This document shows, piece by piece, positions 13,716 through 21,918 of a stretch of 64,000 nucleotides of DNA. This DNA comes from Rhabdothermincola salaria (GTDB taxonomy: Bacteria; Actinomycetota; Acidimicrobiia; Acidimicrobiales; Acidimicrobilacustridaceae), in the NCBI RefSeq assembly GCF_021246445.1, contig NZ_JAJQXW010000001.1, positions 124,001-188,000 of the forward strand. The letters run 5' to 3'. How positions within the stretch are numbered: position 1 is the stretch's first letter; each line of letters opens with the position of its first letter. Below the pieces are notes generated by a model that saw only the letters and a program-made list of their open reading frames with translations, did not search any database and was not told where the DNA came from. Position numbers and translations under genes: made by a program.

Positions 13716-15311
13716 TCAGGTGACGTCGGCCATGAGGATGGGCGGGTTGTGCAGGTGGGTGATGGAGGCGTCGGGACCGACGACGTCGCTCGCCATCTCC
13801 AGAGCGTCCTGCAGAGTGCTGGCCGGCTTGAACCCCAACCGGCGCACGGCCCGGACATCGCCGCCGACGATGATCACCTGCCCCACGTGCTGGAGTGCGT
13901 GCGCGCACCAGTACCACATGTAGAAGGGGTGCACGCCGTGGTAGGCGTAGCTGGTGCGGTAGAGGTGGCGGTACCACTCGTCCTCCGCGAAGCCCTTCTC
14001 GAACTCGGCCTCGATGCGCACCGGGTCGGTGGTCTCGGCCAGCACCTGCTCGAAGAAGTCGATGTAGCTCGGGTGGTGCACCGGGTGGAACTCCCACGGC
14101 GTCGGGTGGCTCATGACGACCACGCCACCCTCTCGCACCGGAGGCTTGCCCCGGTAGAGGTTGAAGAAGTACCCGAGCCCGAGGCACGCCACCAGGATCG
14201 GGTTGAGGATGGAGTTCACGTTGTAGGGGCTGATGTAGGGCAGCCCCATGGTGAGGATGTCGGTCTGGCCCTCCACCGGCACCAGGTGCTGCTTGTAGAC
14301 GTTCTCGGTGGTGAGCTCGTGGACGGCCTCGACCTCGCCGGCCTGCACCGACGTCATGGCGTGGGGAGCCTGCCAGCTCTGGAAGACCGAACGGCGGGTG
14401 CGCTGGGGCATGCGGTCGAGGCCGGCCTTCATGGCGGCGAAGGAGATGCGGTCCTTGGCGTTCCACTCCCATTCGCGCTTCTGCAGCACGCTCATGGGCC
14501 CCTCGGTGCCGAAGACGTTGTTGTTCATGGTCGTCTCGACCTGGAAGACCTTGACGCCGGAGTCCTTGAGCACCTTGCCCATGCGCCAGTTCGAGGAGTG
14601 CAGCTCGGAGGCGTGGCGGTCCATGAAGGACTTGGAGTGCCGCATGGTCTTGACGTTGTGGTGGTGGCGCAGGCTGCGGTAGCTGGCCAGGCCGGTGGCA
14701 GTGGACTTCCAGCCGCCGTCCATGGAGACGAGGTTGATGTTGACGTAGACGATGAGGTCGCTGGTGGCGGCCCGCTTGTTGATCTCGACCTCTTCGCCCT
14801 GGTCGGTGGTGCCGAGGTACTCGAGGTTGTCGGGGTCCTCGGCGTCGTGGTTGACGAGCAGGCCGTGAGGGGCGAAGGCGTCGTAGACCCGGTCGCCCAC
14901 GGCGTGGCGCAGCTCGGCTTCGGTCATGCGCCGGTGCAGGGCCAGGGCGGCGATCAGCATGACGTCGTCGACGCCGGCCTCCGCGGCCAGGTCGAGCACC
15001 GCCTCGATGACCCGCTGGCGGATGTCGGGCCGCTTCATGGGCGGCAGCGGCAAGGAGATGTCGTCGAAGGCGATGGTGAGCTTCATGCCCGGCGTGAGCA
15101 GGGCGGGAAGCGGCTCGCTGTCGCCGAGGGGGTTGAGCAGGGCGTGCCGGATGGCGGCGTCGGGGTGCTCGAGCGCCTCGATGGGCTCGGCCGGGTAGAG
15201 CACCCGGCTGCGCCCGGCGGGCAGCTTCTCGAGCCGGAACCCCTCGCCGTGGTGGAAGAGGATCGGCGGCGTCGAACGATCGACGTCGAGCACGAAGCCT
15301 GGTCTAGGCAC
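13716..15311 (-). CDS. Lactate racemase (LarA/DUF2088) domain-containing protein, divergent
   Basis: ALLNPLG, TIAFDDIS, ALALHRRMT, NHD, GGWKS LarA-like motifs; GTG start overlaps the upstream stop. Confidence 0.78.
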   Translation of the reverse strand: MPRPGFVLDVDRSTPPILFHHGEGFRLEKLPAGRSRVLYPAEPIEALEHPDAAIRHALLNPLGDSEPLPALLTPGMKLTIAFDDISLPLPPMKRPDIRQRVIEAVLDLAAEAGVDDVMLIAALALHRRMTEAELRHAVGDRVYDAFAPHGLLVNHDAEDPDNLEYLGTTDQGEEVEINKRAATSDLIVYVNINLVSMDGGWKSTATGLASYRSLRHHHNVKTMRHSKSFMDRHASELHSSNWRMGKVLKDSGVKVFQVETTMNNNVFGTEGPMSVLQKREWEWNAKDRISFAAMKAGLDRMPQRTRRSVFQSWQAPHAMTSVQAGEVEAVHELTTENVYKQHLVPVEGQTDILTMGLPYISPYNVNSILNPILVACLGLGYFFNLYRGKPPVREGGVVVMSHPTPWEFHPVHHPSYIDFFEQVLAETTDPVRIEAEFEKGFAEDEWYRHLYRTSYAYHGVHPFYMWYWCAHALQHVGQVIIVGGDVRAVRRLGFKPASTLQDALEMASDVVGPDASITHLHNPPILMADVT

Positions 15312-16521
15312 GGTTGCGTTCCTTCTCGTTGCGGAGGTCGAAGGCGATGCGCACGGCCCCTCGGGGGCCGGCGGACGCGGCGTGGGCGATGGCGTCGGTG
15401 AAGCGGGCCAACGGGTACGTGGCGCTGACCAGCCGACCGAGGTCGGCGGCGTCGACCAGGTCGAAGGCCAGGTCGAAGGTGCGGTGGCGGGCGCCGTCGG
15501 CGAGGACCTCGGTGCCGTAGGCGTAGGCCCCGGCCAGGGTGATCTCGCGCTGCCACAGGCCGGTGAGGTCGACCTGGGTGTGGCCGGGCATGCCCACCAT
15601 GGTGATGCGGCCCCGGGGGCGCACCACGGCGAGGGCTTGGGCGAGGGAGGTGTCGTTGCCCACGCAGTCGATGACCACGTCGGCGCCCCCGGTGAGGCGC
15701 ACGATGTCGCCGTCACCGATCGCCATGGTGCCGGTGGCCCGCCGCACGGCCCGGGCGATCTCTCCGGGAGCCACGACGGTGTGGGCGCCGAGCTGGGCGG
15801 CCAGGTCGCGCTGCACGGGGTGCTTGGCCACGGCCAGCACCGTGCAGGCGGGGGCGAAGCGGGTCAGGGCGGCGATGGTCAGCAGGCCGAGGGCTCCGGC
15901 GCCGAGGACCACCACGAGATCTCCTTCGCGGACCTGGGCGGCCAGGGCACCGTGCACCGCACAGGCCGTGGGCTCGACCATGACCGCGGCTTCGTCGCTC
16001 CAGTGCGCGGGTACGGCGTGCAGCTGGCTGGCGTGGGCGACCATGCGGGTGGACCAGCCACCCCCGGTGTCGCAGCAGAACCCGGTCTGCAACCCGGGTT
16101 CGATGGCCCCGAAGGCGATGCGCTCGCAGTTGCCGAGGTCGCCGCGGGCGCAGGCGTCGCAGACGGGGTCGATGCCGCGGGTGACGCAGCCGAGGACGGG
16201 CTCCACCACGACGCGGCCGGCGGGCACCTCGCCCACGGCCTCGTCGAGGTCGGCGACGACCTCGTGGCCGGGCACGAACGGGAACGAGACGATGGGCTCG
16301 AAGTAGCGCGAGCTGTGACCGTCGATGGTGGCCAGGTCGGATCCGCAGATGCCGGCCAGTCGGGGCTTGATCTCGGTCCAGTCGGAGCCGGGCGGCTCGG
16401 GCGGGTCGACGGAGCGCAACCGCAGGGGTCCGACCTTGGCGCCGGCGCCTCCGGCCAGCCGTCCGGCGACGGCCGCCGCCGCGAAGCGGGGCACGTTGCG
16501 TTCGAAGCGGAGGGCCTTCAC
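15304..16521 (-). CDS. Zinc-binding (MDR) alcohol/polyol dehydrogenase
   Basis: GICGSD, PGHE, structural Cys cluster C..C..C..C, VEPTAC, GAGALG Rossmann motif. Confidence 0.92.
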   Translation of the reverse strand: MKALRFERNVPRFAAAAVAGRLAGGAGAKVGPLRLRSVDPPEPPGSDWTEIKPRLAGICGSDLATIDGHSSRYFEPIVSFPFVPGHEVVADLDEAVGEVPAGRVVVEPVLGCVTRGIDPVCDACARGDLGNCERIAFGAIEPGLQTGFCCDTGGGWSTRMVAHASQLHAVPAHWSDEAAVMVEPTACAVHGALAAQVREGDLVVVLGAGALGLLTIAALTRFAPACTVLAVAKHPVQRDLAAQLGAHTVVAPGEIARAVRRATGTMAIGDGDIVRLTGGADVVIDCVGNDTSLAQALAVVRPRGRITMVGMPGHTQVDLTGLWQREITLAGAYAYGTEVLADGARHRTFDLAFDLVDAADLGRLVSATYPLARFTDAIAHAASAGPRGAVRIAFDLRNEKERNRA

Positions 16522-18881
16522 GCCGTGCCTCCGGGGACCAGTGGGTTGGCCAGCCCGCCGTGTCGGGTGCGACGGGGGCCGATGGGCACGAGGCGTCGGG
16601 GAGCGCCCGGGGCCTTGGCGAAGTGCTCGACCAGCCAGCCCCGCTTGCGGGCCAGGGCGGCCAGGCGGGTCTCGGGGTTGACGGCGACCGGGAAGCCCGC
16701 CGCCTCGAGCATGGGCAGGTCGCTGGTGGAATCGGCGTAGGCGACGGTCTCGGACAGGTCGAGGCCGTGGGCGGCGGCGTAGTCCATGAGCACCTGCGCC
16801 CGGCTCTCGCCGGTGGGGGGCACGTCGGTCAGCTCACCGTCGTAGGCGCCGTGGCGCACGCCCATCTCGGCGGCCACGATGTCGTCGAAGAGAGGGGTCA
16901 GCGGCTTGACCACGAAGTCGAGGGCGCCGGTGATCAACACCGTGCGGTGGCCCGCCGCCCGGTGCTCACGCACCCGCCGGATGGCTGCGGGGAACGACTT
17001 GGCGATGATGAGTCGACTGAACATCTCGGCGGCGTCCTCGTCGATCTGCTGCACCGGGGCGCCGTCGTAGCGCCGGTAGAAGAAGCGCAGGAAGTCGCTG
17101 CGGTCGGCTCGGTCGAGGCTGAGCAGCGACGGCCCCTCGGCGAGCAGGGATGCGGCGAAGCGCAGGCGCTCGTCGCGAGGCATGCGGCGGGTGGCGAGGT
17201 AGGCGTAGCTGGCCACCACGTTGGAGGCGATGAGGGTGTTCTCGAGGTCGAAGGCGGCCAGCTGGCGCTCGGGGGCCAGCACCTGGGCGCGCAGGCGCTC
17301 GGAGCGGCTGGGGCCGGTGCGGCCGCCGGGGGTGGTGCGCACCCGGGCCTGTTGGACGACCGAGGGGAGGAAGATGTCGGTGGTGAAGGAGTCCCACTCG
17401 ATGACGCGAGGGTCGAAGCAGAAGTCGCGTCGGTCGTCGTCGGTCTGGTCGTCCCACAGGGCGAGGAGCCGGTCGAGGCCGTAGACCGCCTCGCACTCGG
17501 CGTAGGCGCCGTAGAGCTCGACGTAGCCGAGGGCCTGCTCGGCCTCCTCGCGCTTGGACTCGAGCGAGGCGCTCCACTCGGCCTGCTTGCCTCGCAGGGG
17601 GAGCTGGGCCAGCACGCTCTCGGCTCGTTCGAGGGTCTTCTGGGCCCGTTGGAGCTGGCCCTGCACCCGACCCCGCCCCGGGAACGACCACTTGGCGACC
17701 ACGATGGGCTGGCCCTTGGGGTCGTAGAGGGGGTGCTCGAGGAACCAGTCCGAGACCAGGTCGACGAGGCGGCGGTAGTGCAAGGGGTTCTGCGAGCCCG
17801 AGGCGACCTGGACGACCTCGATGTCGGGCTCGGGCCCCTTGGCGGCGACCGCGATGATGGCGGCGCTGACCAGGTCGACGGGGATGACGTCGACGATGCC
17901 CTCGGGAACGCCGGGGAACTCCTTGAGCAGGCCGCGGGCGTAGCTGATGATGACCGGGTCGGCCATGCGGAAGCCGCGGATCCAGCCCGGGCGGGGTTCG
18001 GCCAGGGCGGTCTCGATGATGGAGGGCCGCACGATGCTGACGGGCACGTCGCCGCGGTTCTCGTTGAGGGCCAGCTCGCCGAGGGCCTTGGTGTAGGCGT
18101 AGGCGTCGGGCCAGCCGAGCGACGCAGCGCGGGCCCGCCCGGCTTCGACCATGCGGTCGCCGACCCACCGGCTGCGCAGCTGCTCGGTCTTGTCGGACAG
18201 CAGGGGGCTGCCGGCGGCACCGAGCTCGCGGCGGGCCCGGGCCCGGAACTCGGCGAGCTTCTCGGGGGTGCGGCTCTGGGCCTCGGCGTCGCTGCGGGCC
18301 CGGCGGGCCCCCTCGACCTCCTTGCGCCAGTCGACGTCGACGAAGAAGGGGCTCTCGTCGACGAGCTGCTCGGGGGCCGAGCCCCGTCGGTTGCCGGCCA
18401 CGTAGCAGGTGGACACCGCCACCAGGTGAGGTGCCACCCCCATCTCGTTGAGCACGGCGGCGATGCGGCTGGGGCCGAGCAGGTTCACCTCGACGGCGCT
18501 GTCGAGGGGGGAGTCGAAGCTGACGGTGGCGGCCGAGTGGATGACGACGTCGCAGCCGGCGAGCAGGGCGCGTCCGGCCTCGTCGAGCCCGAGGCCGTCG
18601 CGGCCGACGTCGCCGGCGACGGCGGTGATGCGCCGAGCGGTCATCTCGGCGAAGCCGTCCTTGCCGAGCTCGCCCCGGAGGCGGTCGAAGGCGTCGTTCT
18701 TCAGGATCTCGCGGGCCACACGCTGCTCGATCGAGGAGCGCTTGCCCGGTCGCACCAGCAGCACGAGCTCGCAGTCCGGCACGCTGCGCAGGAGCCGCTC
18801 GAGCAGGTTGGTGCCGAGGAACCCGGTGGTACCGGTGATGAAGAGGCGCTTTCCGGCCAGGGCCGCAGGAATCACCGTCAT
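16518..18881 (-). CDS. Fatty acyl-CoA reductase (NAD_binding_4/male-sterility) fused to HAD-IB hydrolase
   Basis: ITGTTGFLG, IHSAATVSF, VSTCYV, YAYTK (YxxxK), IVRPSII, DVIPVD; C-terminal FDLENT, ITG, YADSTSD, AVNP. Confidence 0.9.
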   Translation of the reverse strand: MTVIPAALAGKRLFITGTTGFLGTNLLERLLRSVPDCELVLLVRPGKRSSIEQRVAREILKNDAFDRLRGELGKDGFAEMTARRITAVAGDVGRDGLGLDEAGRALLAGCDVVIHSAATVSFDSPLDSAVEVNLLGPSRIAAVLNEMGVAPHLVAVSTCYVAGNRRGSAPEQLVDESPFFVDVDWRKEVEGARRARSDAEAQSRTPEKLAEFRARARRELGAAGSPLLSDKTEQLRSRWVGDRMVEAGRARAASLGWPDAYAYTKALGELALNENRGDVPVSIVRPSIIETALAEPRPGWIRGFRMADPVIISYARGLLKEFPGVPEGIVDVIPVDLVSAAIIAVAAKGPEPDIEVVQVASGSQNPLHYRRLVDLVSDWFLEHPLYDPKGQPIVVAKWSFPGRGRVQGQLQRAQKTLERAESVLAQLPLRGKQAEWSASLESKREEAEQALGYVELYGAYAECEAVYGLDRLLALWDDQTDDDRRDFCFDPRVIEWDSFTTDIFLPSVVQQARVRTTPGGRTGPSRSERLRAQVLAPERQLAAFDLENTLIASNVVASYAYLATRRMPRDERLRFAASLLAEGPSLLSLDRADRSDFLRFFYRRYDGAPVQQIDEDAAEMFSRLIIAKSFPAAIRRVREHRAAGHRTVLITGALDFVVKPLTPLFDDIVAAEMGVRHGAYDGELTDVPPTGESRAQVLMDYAAAHGLDLSETVAYADSTSDLPMLEAAGFPVAVNPETRLAALARKRGWLVEHFAKAPGAPRRLVPIGPRRTRHGGLANPLVPGGTA

Positions 18882-18882
18882 T

Positions 18883-18915
18883 GTCTACCACTTGGTAAGT
18901 GAGGGGGTCTACCAT
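18883..18915. promoter_or_regulatory. Candidate TetR operator and leaderless -10 box in the divergent promoter
   Basis: Palindrome TACCA-CT-TGGTA (18886-18897); GTCTACCA at 18883 and 18907; TACCAT-7nt-GTG. Confidence 0.55.
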
Positions 18916-18922
18916 CGCCCTC

Positions 18923-19558
18923 GTGGCGACCACGGTGGAGCCGGCCCGCGCCGGTGGGACTCGAGCGGAGAGGGCCCGCCTCACCGATGATCGCATCCTC
19001 GCGGCGGCGCTGCAGTCGTTCGGCACCAAGGGCTACGACGCCACCTCCCTCGACCAGCTGGCGGCCGAGCTCGGTGTCACCAAGCAGACGATCCTCTACC
19101 ACCACCCGTCGAAGGCGGCCCTCCTCGACGCCGTGATCGACCGGGCGTCGGCCGACCTCGTCGCCACCTTCGACGCCGCTCTGGCCGCCGCCGGTCCCGG
19201 GTGGGAACGCGTCGAGACCGTGGTGCGGTCCGTGTTCCGGCTGGCCCTGCGCCGCCCCGAGCTCCTGGGCCTGCTGCGCGAGGTGAGCCGGCTCGGCCCT
19301 CCGGCCGCCACCCGGGTCGCCGCCAACCTCGACGTCCTGGTGCACCGGGCCCGGGCGTTCCTCGAATCCGAGATGGACGCCGGCCACGTGCGCCGCAGCG
19401 ACCCGAACCTGCTGTTGGTGTCGGCCTACTCCACCGTGATCGGCGTGGCCACCGAGGTCGAGGTGCTGCGGGCAGTGGGCATCGAGCCCACCCTGCGCAC
19501 CACCGTCAAGCGCCGCCAGGAGCTGCTCGCCTTCCTCCGCTCGGCGCTGGTGCCGTGA
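18923..19558 (+). CDS. TetR/AcrR family transcriptional regulator
   Basis: ILAAALQSFGTKGYDATSLDQLAAELGVTKQTILYHHPSK HTH; start set at GTG 18923 (alternative 18899). Confidence 0.92.
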   Translation: MATTVEPARAGGTRAERARLTDDRILAAALQSFGTKGYDATSLDQLAAELGVTKQTILYHHPSKAALLDAVIDRASADLVATFDAALAAAGPGWERVETVVRSVFRLALRRPELLGLLREVSRLGPPAATRVAANLDVLVHRARAFLESEMDAGHVRRSDPNLLLVSAYSTVIGVATEVEVLRAVGIEPTLRTTVKRRQELLAFLRSALVP

Positions 19559-19791
19559 CCGACGAGCCTCGCCTGTCGCTCGCCGCGCTGGCCCCGGCGG
19601 TGCCCTTCATCGGTCTGGGCCTGGTGCTGCTCGGCGTGCGCACCCTGGTCTACGGCATCTCCGAGTCGGCGTGGCCGGTCACCGTCGCCGGCGCCATCGC
19701 CGTCCTGCTCGGCGCCGGGCTGGCCTGGTTCGGCTTCCGTCGGGGGGCCGGTCGAGGGCGCGGGGAGGGATCGCAGCCTCCCCGGGGCTGA
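19555..19791 (+). CDS. Small two-TM membrane protein
   Basis: GTGA overlap with the TetR stop; two hydrophobic segments; GC-rich third positions. Confidence 0.6.
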   Translation: MTDEPRLSLAALAPAVPFIGLGLVLLGVRTLVYGISESAWPVTVAGAIAVLLGAGLAWFGFRRGAGRGRGEGSQPPRG

Positions 19792-19825
19792 CCCCACCCG
19801 GACGGCGTCGGCCGGTCGGGTCGCC

Positions 19826-20680
19826 TCAGGATCGAGTGACGCCAGGTACCTCGACGCGGAGCGCTTCGACCCGACCCCGGCGCTCGGTGATGGTGCGGGC
19901 CGGGTTGGTCGAGGCGCCGGTGCACACGTAGAGGGTGTGCCCGTCGGATCCGCCGAGGGCGCAGCCGTAGGGGGAACGGCCCGGGAACGGGACCCAGGCC
20001 ACCGCCCCCACGCTCTCCACGACGCGCATCACCCCCTCGTTCACCGGGTCCGCCACCCAGAGCGCGCCCTCGACGTCGAGGCACATGCCGTCGGGCACGT
20101 TGGGGCGCAGGTCGGCCCACACCCGGGGGCGGGCGAGGGAGCCGTCGGCCTGCACGTCGTAGGCGGAGATGCGCTGTCCGAACGTCTCGGCCACGAGCAG
20201 GGTGACGCCGTCTGCGCGTTCGAGCACCGCCGCGCCGTTGGGGAACAGCAGGTCCTCGGCCACCACCCAGGCCTCACCGTCGGGCTCGACGCACACCAGG
20301 CGGGCGCCGTCGGGTGCACCGTCGCCGAGAGGGTCGTGGCCGAACTCCCCGATGTAGGCGCGACCGTCGGTGGTGACCGCCATGTCGTTCCACGGGTGCG
20401 CGGCGAAGGCGTCGAGCGCGGCGATCGGCGTGGTGGTGCCGGTGCGGTCGGCGGCCACCAGCGTCCGGTCGTTCATGGACACCACGATCAACGTGCCGTC
20501 GGGCCACCAGCCCAGTCCGGCCGGCCACCCCTCGACCGCCGTGACGGGCTCGCCCTGCCCCTGTTCGGTCATGGCCCACACCCGACCGTCGTGGACGTCG
20601 GAGAACCAGAGCCGGTCGGCGTGCCACCGGGGGAACTTGGGAAAGGCCAGCTGGTCGAGCAAGACCGTCGATCCCGTCAT
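19826..20680 (-). CDS. SMP-30/gluconolactonase/LRE family protein
   Basis: PRWHADRLWFSD, WNDM, FPNG, PDGMCLDVEGALWVA, GGSDGHTLYV beta-propeller motifs; ATGA overlap with ddl. Confidence 0.9.
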   Translation of the reverse strand: MTGSTVLLDQLAFPKFPRWHADRLWFSDVHDGRVWAMTEQGQGEPVTAVEGWPAGLGWWPDGTLIVVSMNDRTLVAADRTGTTTPIAALDAFAAHPWNDMAVTTDGRAYIGEFGHDPLGDGAPDGARLVCVEPDGEAWVVAEDLLFPNGAAVLERADGVTLLVAETFGQRISAYDVQADGSLARPRVWADLRPNVPDGMCLDVEGALWVADPVNEGVMRVVESVGAVAWVPFPGRSPYGCALGGSDGHTLYVCTGASTNPARTITERRGRVEALRVEVPGVTRS

Positions 20681-21843
20681 CGTCGGCGCCGCACCGCCTC
20701 GTGGCGCTCCAGAGCCAGCGCCACCAGCTCGTCGAGCAGCGCCCGGTAGGTGAGCCCGGAGGCGTGCCACAGCCGGGGGAACATCGAGATGGGGGTGAAC
20801 CCGGGGATGGTGTTGACCTCGTTGAGCAACAGGCCCCGCCCCTCGGCCTCGTAGAAGAAGTCGACGCGCGCCATGCCCTCGGCGCGCAGCGCCGTGAACG
20901 CCCGACAGGCGAGGCCGCGGACCTCGTCGGCCACGTCGTCGGGCAGCGGGGCCGGGATCAAGAGCTCGGCGGTGCCGTCGGCGTACTTGTCGTCGTAGTC
21001 GTAGAAGTCGGCGCCGGGCACGATCTCGCCGGGCACGGAAGCCCGAGGCGACACCGTGTGGCCGAGGACGGCCACCTCGACCTCGCGGCCGTCGACCCCT
21101 TCCTCGACGACCAGCCACTCGTCGTGCTCGAGGGCAGCCACCAGCCCGGCGCGCAGCGACTCGACATCGGTGGCCCGGGACACCCCGATGGAGGAGCCCA
21201 TGTTCGCCGGCTTCACGAACATCGGGAAGCCGAGGTCCTCGACCAGATCGGCCACCACGTCCGCGCCCACGAGATCCGGGAGCGGGATGGGGGACCCCGG
21301 TTCGAGCACCTCGGTGAGGTGCAGGCCCCGCCACCGGGCCTGGGGCAGACCGGCGGCGGTGGCCATCTGCTTGGCGGCGATCTTGTCCATGGCGACGGCC
21401 GAGCCGAGGACACCCGAGCCGACGTAGGGCACCCCCGCGATCTCGAGCAGCCCCTGCACCGTGCCGTCCTCGCCCATGGGACCGTGCAGGAGGGGGAACA
21501 CCACCACGCCCGGGCTCGGCCCGCCCGGACCACCCGACGGGCCGTCGGTGGGGGCCGGGGCCAGCATCGGCAAGGGGTCGACGGTGGGACCGTCGATGAC
21601 CAAGGCGTCGGGCAGCCGCTCGGCGAGGGTCTCGGCTCCGGCCAGCAGGGCCGAGACCGCGGCCTCGGCCAGCACCCACTCGCCCCCCCGGGTGATGCCG
21701 ACGGGCACGACGTCGAAGCGCTCGTGGTCGAGCGCGGCCAGGACGTGGCGAGCGGTGACGCGAGAGACGTCGTGCTCGGCCGACTGCCCTCCGAACAGCA
21801 CCACCAGCCGAGGGCGGGCACCGGGCGAGGAGCGAGCGGGCAT
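20677..21843 (-). CDS. ddl: D-alanine--D-alanine ligase
   Basis: LFGGQSAEHDVS, FPLLHGPMGEDG, MDK, FVKPANMGSSIG, FYDYDDKY, NEVNTIPGFT. Confidence 0.96.
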   Translation of the reverse strand: MPARSSPGARPRLVVLFGGQSAEHDVSRVTARHVLAALDHERFDVVPVGITRGGEWVLAEAAVSALLAGAETLAERLPDALVIDGPTVDPLPMLAPAPTDGPSGGPGGPSPGVVVFPLLHGPMGEDGTVQGLLEIAGVPYVGSGVLGSAVAMDKIAAKQMATAAGLPQARWRGLHLTEVLEPGSPIPLPDLVGADVVADLVEDLGFPMFVKPANMGSSIGVSRATDVESLRAGLVAALEHDEWLVVEEGVDGREVEVAVLGHTVSPRASVPGEIVPGADFYDYDDKYADGTAELLIPAPLPDDVADEVRGLACRAFTALRAEGMARVDFFYEAEGRGLLLNEVNTIPGFTPISMFPRLWHASGLTYRALLDELVALALERHEAVRRRR

Positions 21844-21918
21844 GGCGCCGAACGTAGTCCTCCCCGGTGCCGACGGGGGCCGGTCCGGCGCCTCGTGCCG
21901 TCTCGGTACGGTGGCGAG

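Noticed and set aside
20677..21843. VanA/VanB-type glycopeptide resistance ligase
   Set aside because: Tyr-containing omega loop (YDDKY) typical of D-Ala-D-Ala ligases; no vanH, vanX or vanRS.
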